Notes under the pieces: generated by a model
Database searches by the model: none
Told to the model about the DNA's origin: nothing
What the model saw: only the letters and a program-made list of their open reading frames with translations
Shown here: piece after piece, positions 32,263-45,300 of the stretch
How positions within the stretch are numbered: the first letter of the stretch is position 1
How the letters are laid out: each line of letters starts with the position of its first letter
Program-made: the position numbers and the translations under genes
Origin: Amphiscolops sp. MND2022
Taxonomy: Eukaryota
Direction: 5' to 3'
DNA: 64,000 nt
Assembly: GCA_964187785.1 (NCBI GenBank)
Contig: OZ076413.1
Coordinates: 47,246,001-47,310,000 of the forward strand

Positions 32263-33352
32263 CACCTTTTGTAATTCAAATAGAACATTGTGAACATTCG
32301 AATAGAACAATTGGAGATTCAATTTGAATACATAAAAAATCCATGCCTAGCGGAAGTTCAAATAGAACAGCAGAAATTCAAATTGAACAAATAAAATTTA
32401 TATAAACAACGGGTATAAATACTTGATATAAGTTTTTAACATCAACTGAAATCACAAGTTTACATGATGTCCTCCAACTGGAGACACCTAGCATAATAGG
32501 TAACGCTGTGGTTTTCCCACGCAACACACTTGTCAGCTGTAATCGCTCTGCTGCTTTCATCAAAAAGGGCCTTCAACTGGTTAAATCGAAATGCAGAAAA
32601 AGTAGCTTCCCCTCTTCCATTGCCATCTGGATTGATGAAGATATCTTGGTTGGCAGATAGAAGGTTTTTAAGTTCTGCTTTCCAAGAAGAGAAAGCAGAT
32701 TCGATTGGGTTGAGCATAGGTGAGTATTTTGGAATACGTCTCATGGGCAGAGTATGGGAGTATAAGCTATCATCCAGGTTGCGGTGACTGGGCGCATTGT
32801 TACATCGTTTTGCCGTGCGGGATGAAGAGAGACATGTTCTGTCAGTTTCTTATGGAAGTTAGTGCGAATGTAATTGCTGAATATGGTTCAAATCCCGACG
32901 TCCATATGCTGTTCGACAATGCGCCCAGTCACCGCAACCTAGATGATAGCTTATACTCTCATACTCTGCCCATGAGACGTATTCCAAAATACTCACCTAT
33001 GCTCAACCCAATCGAATCTGCTTTCTCTTCTTGGAAAGCAGAACTTAAAAACCTTCTATCTGCCAACCAAGGTATCTTCATCAATCCAGATGGCCATGGA
33101 AGAGGGAAGCTACTTTATCGGCATTTCGATTTAACCAGTTGAAGGCCCTTATTGATGAAAGCAGCAGAGCGATTACAGCTGACAAGTGTGTTGCGTGGGA
33201 AAACCACAGCGTTACCTATTATGCTAGGTGTCTCCAGTTGGAGGACATCATGTAAACTTGTGATTTCAGTTGATGTTAAAAACTTATATCAAGTATTTAT
33301 ACCCGTTGTTTATATAAATTTTTTCTTTGTTCTATTTGAATTACAAATGGTG
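32263..33352. mobile_element. palindromic non-autonomous IS630/Tc1/mariner derivative made of two transposase 3' halves
   Basis: TIR CACC(T/A)TTTGTAATTCAAATAGAAC with TA on both sides. Inverted arms ~32394-32800 and 32916-33322 encode (D)NAPSH...PKYSPMLNPIE (DDE_3-type). Confidence 0.9.
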
Positions 33353-33737
33353 TAGTTTCCTTAAAAATGAAAAGTGTCAAATGCGTGTTGGATATTTTAT
33401 TTCCTGGAAATTTTAAAAACATTCGTCAGATCTGAGAGTTAATTAAATTTGAAGAGTGAAAGTTTGGTCTGAAACGTGAAATGGCATTAAGCCCTAATGG
33501 TTCGATGTGAGGCTTCCTGACAAGAAATGCATTCGATTTCGCGAAGAATGGCATTCGATTCGTTCTCAGCTTATATTTTCATCATTTTTATATCTAAAAT
33601 TACGTGCCACAATTTGGATATAGCATCAAAATTTTCGATATAGGGCATTTCATTGTAATTTAGCAGCCTTTTCATATTTTTTAAATAGCCTTCACTAAAT
33701 GGTTTATTACTCATTGAAGTAATGTGGATATAATGTA

Positions 33738-34850
33738 AACAAGACGAGAACGTCTAAAGTCGGCGCTGTATCTGAGGCTTAAAAAGCGCAAAATTTTCGA
33801 AAAAAATTCTTTCGGAAAATGTCACACAGTGCCGAAAAATGTAAAAGAGGGAACCTTTTGGGATTTATTAAGGCTCTTTTCTGTCCCCCCCACCACCAAA
33901 ATTTTTGGAAGTAAATTTCCTTAAAAACTTTAGACTACCCTAATTAAAAGTAAAACCTTCTTTCATAATGGGAAGATAACGTCTATTGGAACGTCTATTG
34001 GATTAGTTTTTTGCTTGAACAAAATATTGTTCACGCTTTTTGACTTTAATTATGTTCGTATTAAGTGTTAATTGATTACTCAAAACAGGAAGCTGTTGAT
34101 TTCTTCATCAAAAATGCGTGACTATATATTGAAAAAGTGTGAACAAAGTTTGCATCTGAATCCTAAACTGTCACACTAAGAATAAATGTAAATTTGAAGC
34201 TTTCTGATTTGTATTCAAGTCTTTTTGTTATTAGATTTTCACTAATTTTCCAAAAAAATTTTGGTGGTGGGGGGGGGACAGAAAAGAACCTTTATTAACA
34301 TACATAACATACATTCAGATGCAAAATATCAAAAAACTCGAAGGGGGGACCCTTTGGGGACATTGAAAATTTTCGAAAAAAGTCGCACAGTGCCGAAAAA
34401 CATCCAATGGGGGGACTCTTCAGGCTTTGTAGCTTTCCTTGAAAAAGTAAAAAAAAAAGAGGGGGACCCTTTACACTCATCCGGTTTTGTAGGCTACGTT
34501 TAAAAAGTAAATAAAAACGAAAGGGATCTTTGGAGACAAAAAACATTTTCGAAAAAAAGTCGCACAGTGCCGAAAAAAACCCTGTAGTCCCATCCGGTTT
34601 TGTAGGTTACGTTTGAAAAGTAAAAAGACAATGGGGGACCCTTTGGAATAACTTAGATGCGTTTCCGGGGTATTCGTTTAGTTTCCTTTAGTTGAAGATA
34701 CTGAACGTTAACGTTCGTCGCTTCGAGTCTGTCTTAAATAAAAAAAAACGAGTGACTGTAATAGTCGGGCTCTTTTATTAATAAAAGCGCCGACTAAAAA
34801 ACGAGTGACTGTAATAGTCGGGCTCTCTTATTAATAAAAGCGCCGACTAA
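33738..34850 (-). mobile_element. HINE/DINE-1-like element with a nested MITE and a duplicated terminal hairpin
   Basis: Same termini as the other copies. The ACGAGTGACTGTAATAGTCGGGCTC..AAAAGCGCCGACTAA block occurs twice (34748-34850). Confidence 0.65.
33872..34290. mobile_element. MITE with GG-starting TIRs and an 8-bp TSD (Merlin-like)
   Basis: TIR GG(C/T)TCTTTTCTGTCCCCCCC(C)ACCACCAAAATTTTT; TSD TTTATTAA at 33864-33871 and 34291-34298. Confidence 0.85.
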
Positions 34851-36306
34851 ATATTCGGATATAAATCGTCTTTTTTAAATCAAATTTGCAATAAAAAGAT
34901 GAGCGCTTTAAACCATAAATCGCGTTGAGTTTCAAAGCCTGATTCATGGCAGGTTTACCATTCAGTTCTATAGGCACTTCGATTGAACAAGCTTAATCAG
35001 TTATCATGTTTTTTTTTTCACATTAAATAATGAAGCTTATATTTCTAATCAAGACTTTATATTTCTCAACGCTTTATTTCTTCCTCCAGCGGCCAACGAC
35101 AAGTTGAAAAAAAAACAATTCGGCACAACTGAAACACTCACGCGAGAAACGGAAGTTCGTGAAATACGGGCCTTGCCTGAATAATCTCTCAAGGATCCTA
35201 CTTGTGGTGTTTTCGCCGCTGACGGATACTCAAGAAAGTTCGACCAAGATTTTTTGAAGCATTCCTGTCTTTTAATTATGTTTCTAGGTTTCTCTTGTTT
35301 TTTAGACTCCTGGGTCGCATTGGAAATCCGTTTCCTGATATCTTTTCTCGAAGATTACATTTGGTTTTTCAGGAGAGTGTTCTTTTTCCGAAACAGTTGT
35401 TTCAGTGTTGTTTCAAAGACGGTGAAAAAGACCTCGTTTCTCTATCGGAGTATTTAACAAATTATTAGGAACCCTAATGTCTTCTTGTGTAGTTCAAGCT
35501 TAAAAGTAAAGATTTCCAGAGTAAGCATAAGTTTAAGCTTGAAACAGCAATTTGTTTCAACAAAATGAGACATAAATTGCCAATTCGAAAAGTTGTTTCA
35601 AGTTTCAAATGTAATTTGTTGAATTGTTTCACTCCGGTACAAAGCAAGCGACCAGAATTTTTTACAATTGAAGCTCCACCTGATTGTGAAACAATTGTTG
35701 AGCAATGGTGTTTAACGGAGTAAAAAGTTGCAAATTATTTGGAAAATGCACTAAATGGCCCTAATATTTAGTTGAGGGAGCTTTACTAGTGCTGAGGCGC
35801 ATAATTTGGTCACAGGCTGTCCAGAGTGAACTGCTGCTAATCCAATTAGGTGTCTTTCCTTTGAAGTTTTCATACCAGATCACAAAATTACTGCACTGCC
35901 GTTGCGTCTCATGCTAATGATTTTTTTTGCCAGAGGAAAATTCAAGAAGCAACAGGGTTACTTCGTTCCAAAAACATAATTTAGTTTCTCAGGTGCGCTT
36001 GCAACGAGAAAGCTTTGTGCACTTCATCTAGTTGTTAGTAATCGTTATTTGGAAGCAGAATGATGATTTGAGTCCCACTTAAAATAAATGTTTGTTCCTT
36101 TCGATAGGTAGCAAACGCATCGAGATTTTCTGGTATAAAGAATGAACAAAGAGAACGTGAAACAACTCTGATTTCATCCAGGCACCACATTCCCCACGTC
36201 TTTTCGGGTCATGCTAATTGTTCCCATCTCTTTATACGCTAATAACTTTTTTTCAAGAACAACCCCCTTGTTTGATAATAATTTCTGGTATGCTGTAGGT
36301 AACGTA

Positions 36307-36757
36307 AACAAGCCGGGAACGGCATAAGTCGGCGCCATATCTAAGGCTCAAAAATAAGTAAAGGACTTCAAAGTATCAAGTATTCTTTCACAGTACCTGA
36401 AAAACCCAAAAGTTGAAGCGAATTGGCGTGCCGGGCGAATTTCAGATTTTTCAACATCCATTGTTGCAAAATATCAAAAAATTGAAGGGGGACACTTTGG
36501 GGAATTTTTTCCCGAAAAAAGTCTCACAATGCCGAAAAAAAACGAAAAGGGGGATCTTTTAGTCTCGCTCGGTACTGTATGTTATGCTGAAAAAGAAAAA
36601 AAAACCCTTTTGGTTCAGCTCGCTAGGCCAAATGATTCAATTTGACACCATATAATTTTGTAGAACTTTGTAGAACTATTTTGGTCAGTTCGTGTGGATT
36701 GACAAAAAGAATCACTATAATAGTCGCGTTTCACTTCATGAAGCGCAGAGTAAAAAA
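36307..36757 (-). mobile_element. HINE/DINE-1-like element
   Basis: AACAAGCCGGGAACGGCATAAGTCGGCGCCATATCTAAGGCTC end; degenerate hairpin at the other end. Confidence 0.6.
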
Positions 36758-38328
36758 CGAATGTAAAGTTACTAATTTGATTAAAAAGCATTGAGTATTT
36801 TGGTATGTAGACTTTTTGAGCAGCAAAATCTCTGTTTCGGCAATTTTTGGCCTATGGAAGGGACGATGGTACGATAGTACAATATTGTTGAATTAGGCAG
36901 TTGACAAGCGATGTTCATTAAAACGAATGAAATGTCAAAAGATTCAGTGAACAATAGTGTATGTTTGCCATTTTCATTGATCGTTGTTGCAAGAGTTTTG
37001 GAAACAAGACGCCTGCTGACCCGCGAGATATTTTCCGCCCCAAAATGTTCCACAACAACACAAATTTGAGGCTCAAGAGCAACCAATGCACTGTGAAAAT
37101 GCGAAGAAGTTCGAAGAAAAGAAAGTTTTGATTCATATTAGGTCATTTTTAAAGGAAATACCTATTTCACAAACACGCAAAGTACCAAGTACCTAATTGT
37201 TTTGTTGTTGATTTATATTGATACTGTCTAACATACAAAATTTTTATATTTTTGCGCAAAGTGTCACCAAAAATGTCAAAACTTGGAAAACTTTGATGTT
37301 TTCGACAACTTTGGCATCACTTTGAGGAACCCTTCAACAATAATTTCATATGTCTCTTTTAAAACAGAATCGTACAGAAAGTGTGCGAAGAACAACAAAA
37401 ACTGGGGTCATTTTGGGCATACTCAAAAGTGTCTAAAAATCTCTACAAATACATATCGCACGAAGCTAAATTTATGTGAGTTGAATTCTGTGAATGTCAC
37501 CCTTCAATTTATTAATAAATATAGAATTTAGCATATTTTGAAAAAAAACCGTTTGAGTTCCTTTCCCATATAGAATACGAGCGAAAAATAATAACGCATA
37601 CAGTATAGAGTGTTTCGACACTAAGAGACCAACAACATAGTTTTCGATTAATTTTCTTTCAGTTTTCCAGAAAACATGTGTTTCTCTGATAAACCCGATT
37701 AATTGTGCAAAACTCGGCCTGAAAGTATCCAGAAGCCATAATGTTCGCAGACTAAAGATGTTATGCTTTTCGAATTTTAACGAAGTTTGATGAAATCAAT
37801 TTTTAAAAAGCAGCCTCTTTCGTGAACAAGTTTTTTGTGATACTAAACTGTATTGAGGTACGATGAATACGCCAGAAATAATCCGTGATTGCGTTTTGTC
37901 ATATCATTCCTTTATACTTTTTTTCCAACAATTTGAGAAATCTGGTTTTCAATTTCTCCTGTAGAGTTTTTTCGCAACTGTTTTTTGCCAGACTGTACCG
38001 AAGTTACCGCAAACAGTCCCACCACTTGCCCTTGTGGAAAGATTGCGTGGTTTCAAAGGGTGAATACTTGGCTTCGAATCATCCGGGACTGAATTTGTTC
38101 GATTGAACAATTGTGAGCTGTTTTCTGAGATAAGGTTTATAGAGATGAGCACGCATGGAACGGCATGAGTCGGCTCTCGGCTTAAGGTGCGAATTGCGCA
38201 AAGTACTTCAAACCTTCAAGCGCTTGTTCTTGAATAAATCAATAAATCTGAATTTAACAGGGAAGAAACTTGAATGAAATCACTTTGGGCTAATTTCTGT
38301 TAAAATTTTGGAATCTCACATTGCTGAA

Positions 38329-38820
38329 AAACAAGACGGGAACGTCCCAAGTTGGCGCCATATCTAAGGCTCAAAAATATTCAAGGAACAACTATTGGAA
38401 ATATTTGGAAATTTTTTTTAAATGTATTTTTTGAAAAAGTCGCACAATGCCGAAAAACACAAAAAGAGGCCATTTAGGCTCATTAAACGTTTTTACAAAC
38501 CGAAAACTTCAAAAAAATACAAGGGGGTACCCTTTGATAGAATTCAAAAATTTTCGAAAAAAAGTCGCATAGTGCCGAAAAAACCCAAACGGGGGACCCT
38601 TTGGTCTCGCCTCTACTTTTGGATGCATTAAAATTTGTGGTTTAGTGCGAGAATCGAACCCACGTTCTCCTGCTTGTCAGAAAATTAGTTGAACAATTGA
38701 ACAAAAGACTGTAAAAAAAAGTGGACCATTCAGAGTGAGATTGTCAGCTGAAAAAGAAAAAAAAACTACTCACTGTAATAGTCGGACTTTGTTCCTTAAG
38801 GGAAAAGGCGCCGACTAAAA
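38329..38820 (-). mobile_element. HINE/DINE-1-like element
   Basis: AACAAGAC-GGGAACGTCCC-AAGTTGGCGCC ... AGTCGG..AAGGCGCCGACTAAAA; closely similar to 40961-41507. Confidence 0.65.
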
Positions 38821-39523
38821 ACACATAGAGACCCTCTGGGCTTCAATAAACATTTTCTAACCAGAAACATTAAAAAAGACAAAAAAGAGTCACATGGTAA
38901 CCAAAATGAACCCACATATGGGTTCCAATCCGTATATGTGTGATAAAAAACAGAAATATGAAAGAAAATGAATGTAATGACCCTTTGAATGATTTTGGCA
39001 ATTGGCATTCGACATTTTTAGGGTCACTTCGACCAAATTATAGTTGCGAAATTCTATCTGATACTGAATATTGATCGTTTTTCCCCCAAAAATCATCGTT
39101 TCAGCTTGCAATATGCTGCAAAAGTTTTTTTTGCACCACCTTGTTAAATCAAAAATAACGTCCTCAACAGAAAATGTGTCAACACTTTTGAACACCCTGA
39201 AAGTTTTCACGGAGCAGAAAATTCTTTGCGCTTGAAGCGTTAAAAAATTGCAAACTCGATGGGACGTAGATTCATGCAAGTCGAAAATGATTTTTTAAAA
39301 GTAAGTGTTAGTATCAGTCAACTCGTAATTGGTGATAATGACCAACTCGTTTTCTCACGAAAAGTGTTTGAACATGTTTCTTCCCAAACATAATACAGTT
39401 TTTCGAATATTTTTTCAATTTTCGCTAAAAAGTTTTCAGAAAAGGGTTTGCGATGAAGCATTTTTTATACTTCAAATTATTTTATTGTACAAACGTAAAT
39501 CAAACGTATAAAAAGCACAAAGA

Positions 39524-40368
39524 TCATTTATTGAGTCCTCTGTTAAAAAAATCCAACTGCCCGGCTTTTTCTGCACCCATCTTGGTTTGAAGTTTTCCAT
39601 ACGTGAACCCAAGCGTCCGAAACTGCCTTTCCAGTCCCGCCGAACTTCCAACTGCACCGACTAACGGAACCGCATAGTTTACCAAAGCCTCTGGAAACGC
39701 TAATCTGTCACCCGTTTTCAACCAAGAGACCTCGCAAACTGCAGCGAATCGGACGAAAACTTAAGACTTGGCGAACACATCTGCTTGGGCAATTTACATT
39801 AGGTGCTGTCGCTGAACTAGTATACTCGACATAATCTATACCGATCTTAATTTCTGTTGTTGTCAAGTCACGACCTTGGCACTGGCGATGTAGAATGCTT
39901 GCTGCCAACACCGATGGAGAAAGGGCATCATTCATCTGTTTGACAACAAAAATTTTGTATTCGCTAAAAAATTTTTCAATTAAATCCTTCCCGATTTTCA
40001 CAGTTTTACTAGCAGTTATGGTATTTGTTGCAGTCAATCCAACGTTTTTGATGTTGGCGTCAAAGCTTCAATCTTTAGGCTTCAAGCTTCGATTGTTACC
40101 TGACAAAATTTTTACTAATTGGCTTTCAATTATTTCAAAAATGCATGGTATTTCCAGCAGTAAAGACGGCAGGGTTGTTTGTTTTGATGTGGACATTCTT
40201 GATGTAGGGTTCTCGGAAGTTTATTTTCTCATACATCCTTCATATTGTGATTTCATCCGACTCATCAGCCCTACTGTCGTAGCCTTGCAGACATTCCGCC
40301 CTGATGGTTCTGTTAGCAAGGACCACTTGAACAAACGTTCTCCAGACATCGTCTTTCACACGAGGCAT
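39524..40368 (-). pseudogene. degraded, internally deleted hAT transposase
   Basis: Fragments across frames: MPRVKDDVWRTF..RAEC / CKATTVGLMSRMKS (BED-finger-like), ALSPSVLAASILH, and FPEALVNYAVPLVGAVGSSAGLERQFRTLG..GKL..KMGAEKAG (hAT C-terminal dimerisation motif). Confidence 0.75.
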
Positions 40369-40960
40369 GATAATCGGGAAAATAATGAGTATGAATTGAT
40401 ATGATATATTTTGAAGATAGAAATAATCAATTGTTGGAAAAAATACACTAGTTGGAAAAATTCACATCTTTTGCAAAATTCTTACAAAAGTTCTTGTAAG
40501 AAAATGCATTATTTGACACTAACTCTTCCAAGATTTTTGCGAAATTTGCAATTTTCAGCTAAAAATGGTACAAAAAATGCGTAAATCTTACAAAACTCTT
40601 AGAAAATTTGAATCGTTCCACTAAAGGAAATCCTGAAAAAAGTCGTTCCTAATCAGAAAAATTTATGCGAGCGATGAATGATACCATTTCCAAATTCTCA
40701 GCATTAGCCTTTCGCAACAAAAAGCTCCTATATCTCTCAAAAAAGTGATTTTAGACGTTATTCTATAGAATAATTTCTTGTTTCTCAAACTGTTTCTCGC
40801 TCAAATCATTTCTCTAAAACGGCTGCAAAAGAAGAAAAATTTAAAAATCGCAAATAAAATTATGTTAAAGACAATTTAAAAAACCAAATAAAATTATGTA
40901 AACCACCAAAAATCAAAATTAAAAGAACAGCGAATTGAACACCATTGAGATTATAGGGAA

Positions 40961-41507
40961 AAACAAGACGGGATCGTCTCAAGTCGGCGCCATATCTAAG
41001 GCTCAAAAATTGTCAAAGAACAACTATTGGAAACATTTGCAAAAAATTAATTTTTTTTTCGAAAAAATTTTTTTTGATTTTTTTTCGAAACAAGTATTTT
41101 TTACGTCACACAATGCCGAAAAACTCAAAAAGAGGCCATTCAAGCTCATTAAACGTTTTTACAAACCGAAAACTTCCAAAACAACTCTTTGATAGAATTT
41201 GAAAATTTTCGAAAAAAAAGTCGCATAGTGCCGAAAAAAAACAAACGAAAATCGAAACGAAAAAAAAACTTTGGTCTCGCATCTACTTTTGGAAGCATAA
41301 AAAATTTGTGGTTTTAGTGCGAGAATCGAACCCACGATCTCCTGCTTCTCAGAAAATTAGTTGAGCAAATGTGTACAAATGAACAAAGATTGTAAGAAAA
41401 GTGGACCACTCAGAGTGAGATTGTCAACTGAAAAAAAACAAAAACAAAAAAACTACTCACTGTAAGAGTCGGGCTTTGTTCCTTAAGGGAAAAGGCGCCG
41501 ACTAAAA
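40961..41507 (-). mobile_element. HINE/DINE-1-like element
   Basis: Same termini and body as 38329-38820. Confidence 0.65.
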
Positions 41508-42055
41508 ACGCGAGAAAAAACATAAATTGGAGTGAGAAAGTTATGTTTAACCAGTTTGTGGATCCAGAAAAAACGAACCAACATCTCATTAACTTCGCAT
41601 TTTTCACTCGTCGCTGGCCAATTGAGAGGTTGTCGACTCTGACAGGGCTACATACGGCTGCCTGAAAGGTATTTGCAGTGGAAAAAGCACAGTGAGATAG
41701 ATGATTCTTGAAAGAAAGGTTATAACGAAGAAGTAAATATTTTCCAGATACACTATAAATGTAATCAAGAGCTCAAAAAAACCCACATCTTAGTCTGCGC
41801 TAGCCAAGTAAGAAACAGTACAGTCTCGTAGCGCTATAAACGGGTATTTGCAAAGAAAATCCCTCAAAGAAACATGAAAACACAAAACAAACATTTAGAT
41901 CAGATCAAACTTAAGGTCCAACAAAAAACAAGATTTTTCGAATCAAAAGACAACGTTTTCGAGTCTTCGCTCACCAAGCGCGACCGTATCAAATCAGAAG
42001 GGCTTCCTGAAGTGTATTTGCATGAAAAAGTGATTTTGGACTTTATTCCTGAAAA

Positions 42056-42300
42056 ATAGTGATTTTAGACGTTTTTTTTACCGGAATACGGTTCTTTTAA
42101 ACGTTATTCCAGTAAAATACAGTGTTTTTAGATCTTATTCTACCAAAATGCAGTGATTTTAGACGTTATTCCACGAAAATACATTGATTTTAGATCTTAT
42201 TCTACCAAAATGCAGTGATTTTAGACGTTATTCCCCAAAAATGCGATTTTAGACGTTTTTCCAACAAAATACGGTGATTTTGGATCTTATTCCAGCAAAC
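42056..42300 (+). repeat. minisatellite, ~30-bp unit, about 8 copies
   Basis: GTGATTTTAGA(CG/TC)TTATTC..CAAAATAC repeated; an isolated unit sits at ~40745. Confidence 0.85.
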
Positions 42301-45300
42301 ATTTAAGATATAGACCATTTCCATCTAAAATTTACGACAATATTCCAAATTTGGACCATTTTCATCTAAACTTTATGACAATCTAACCCAAAATCTAAAC
42401 CAAAAATCCTACCTATAAGCGGCTTCGGGAAACTCGGTGCCAAAAAGCGTCCTTGATGCTACCCGGGTCATTAAGGTAACCCTGTTATAGATACAGACTT
42501 TTAATTCAGATGTTATTCAAAAAAGACAAAATGGGTCCTGAAAATCTTGAACGAATTTTTGGTCGAAATAACACATCGCATTTTTTGTAAGAATTTCTTA
42601 CAAATAGATACAAATTTTGCAAAAATAATGTCAGACTCTTGTAAGAATTGTTCAACGCTGTAACAAACTTGCAAAATTTGCGAATTTTGTACAAACTCGT
42701 AAGATTCTTGTAAGAAAGGCATAATTGGTAAGAATTTAGGACGAATTTTGCAAAATTTGTGATTCTGAAAAACTAGGGTAATGAAGTAGTCTGGCAAGCT
42801 TATGAGAAGAGCAGGAAAAAACGATGTTTTTACTCACATGTTTTATTTATTTTTTCAGCGTGTTTTATTTATGAATAAAACAACTTAACCACCTTGGTAC
42901 GATGTAACTGACACTCAACACACTGATACCCAGAATACTCAGGCCTGAAATGATCAGTATAAGCTTCAAGTTTAGAAGTGCCCCGCATGATTCAACAAGC
43001 ATATTTGGATCAAGAGAGGCTAGTAAAATAAAAACTGAAACTAAATATTGATGTAAGGGAGTTGTAAAAGTTTTGGAGATTTGACAGGGTCCGCAAATGC
43101 AATGTACTTCTGTTATTTTTTTCGAGGGGTCTTTTTTATATCTTTAAATTTTTTTTGGCGAATAATTTTTTCGACATCGTGGAACTGTTTTTCGCCAAAT
43201 TGTCGGTTGAAATTTCCTCTTTCTGGTTGGAATCATTGTTATTCAGTTTTTGGAATTAACTCCTGAAACGATTCATTAATTAAAAATGTGAAATGCTAAA
43301 TAAATTATGCAAACGGGCATGTGATTAATTTTCCCGAATATAACCTAAGTCTCTTTCATTAGATAATTAATTTCACTCAAAATGTCTTCCAACGGAGGCA
43401 ATGTTTTGTACGTTTCAAGAGTATTGGATTTCGCGGATGCGGCCAAACACATCCAGATTCCAGAAAAGAAAAAAATGTCCATAACGGTGTCAGTTATCCA
43501 AGGTTTCCTATTTTATTGTTTTTGAGCATTTATACTATTTGCATTTTGGTCCATTGAGCTGATTTTAACTGTTTCAATGTGAAACGCATAAAACGTTGTA
43601 TCTAAAAAGCGCGAGAATCTAGGAATTGCTTTTTCCCTGTAACAACATACGTAAGGAAATGCAATCTATTTCTTTCCGCGAGATCTTCTTCCAAGTAAAC
43701 CGTGTTTTTTTTTGAAAAAAAGTTGGAGACTGTTTAATTTTAAAGAGTACCGAGCTATGTTATTCATGAAACACTTTACATGCTAAAATTGCGTAAAATA
43801 TAATCCCTGAAATACTGAAATTGATTAAAAATATACCTAGGGTCTACAAAATTTATCTTTCAGCTACTGCTACACCTCTTGTCTAAGATGAACGACGCTG
43901 AAACTTTCCCCAAATTTAGCATATACTCAGCAGACGTCAGTGAATCAAAAGCATTCAAGTCTTCAAGTTCAAAATTATGCTCCCAATTGAAGCTTGAAAC
44001 TGTATTAATGCAAGTGCCAAGTTTATTGATGCGTAATGTATATAAAAAAGTTTTTGTTGATGATAATTATTAAGCAAATCTCAAGCCGGCTCGTCTGAAT
44101 ATGAGGGAGTTGTCGTAGACAACTACTAAGCATTTGAGAATATTCTTTTTTTTCTCAAGTTGATATATTTGTTAGAAAGCACCAGCTGAACTTTTAAATT
44201 TTTGATCTTTTCTTATCATTACCAAACAATCTAACTTCAATTTAATAGCTATACACACTCAGCGACAAAATACGGCATTACTCAATTTAACTTGTAAAAG
44301 TTAATAAACTATAGACTTCAGATTTAATGCATTTATAGTACAACTGAAATGCAAGAGCAGACATGCTTTTTACTTAATCGGCTAATTAAGTGAGCCACCA
44401 TCTCATTTAAAGAATCTTTTTGCTTCATCTTTTTACTTATTCATTTGAACTCTTCGTCGAAATGAGTAAGTTTTCCAGATTTATTTTTACAAAAGTTTTG
44501 AATCATTTTTAGTCGTTGTGTTCATTTTTATTTCATTTGAAGCGTAAACTTTCTAGGAAAAGAAATAGCGAACACCAAAATGAGTTTTACATGCAGATAA
44601 ACCTCTACTTTTTTATTCTCCAAAAGTATTCACACTCGTCGCATTTTTGGACCCTTTTCTACACGAGAGAAATGAACAATTTTTCCAAGATAATCGAACA
44701 CTTTTATAGGATGTCTAACAAATTTTCCACAGAAACAAAATTGTTAACTGAAATCATACGGGCAGCTCGCAAAATGAAGCAAAACGTCGAAAATTTGGAG
44801 AATTTTTTCGAAAGTTTACTAAACGTTTCATTTGTCCTAGACGCTGATGAAAAGTTGTTTTGAACGTATCAAGGGGAATCACACAGCTGGAAGCAAATTG
44901 AATACAAATTAAACACAAATGAAGAAAGTCACTGAATTTTTCATGATAAATTCCACGAAGGACTCTGTTCGGGACACGAACTAAAGTAATCATAGCCTTT
45001 CATGGTAACCTTGAGAGCCTAGTAACTCGCATGACTCTTACGTAACCGTTCTCTTTGATGTTAACAGATTTTTAACGGTTATTCGGTTTTCGTACTTTGA
45101 ATTTGCATTGAGGTAAAGGTTTTGTGTTAACCAACGAACGTACCATTTCAGTCCTTCGTGCTTTTTTTGGGTTCTATGTTCACAGTCACCAACTGAACCC
45201 GGTTCTCGGCTGAAATAATAAGTCGAGGAAAAAGTTCCTTCCAGAGAAAGACACTTTCGGACTCGTATGGTCCCCGCTAAAGTTCTTAAACGTTTTGTGA

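Noticed and set aside
39708..39710. selenocysteine read-through of TGA
   Set aside because: Better explained as a frameshifted hAT pseudogene whose C-terminal motif continues in another frame.
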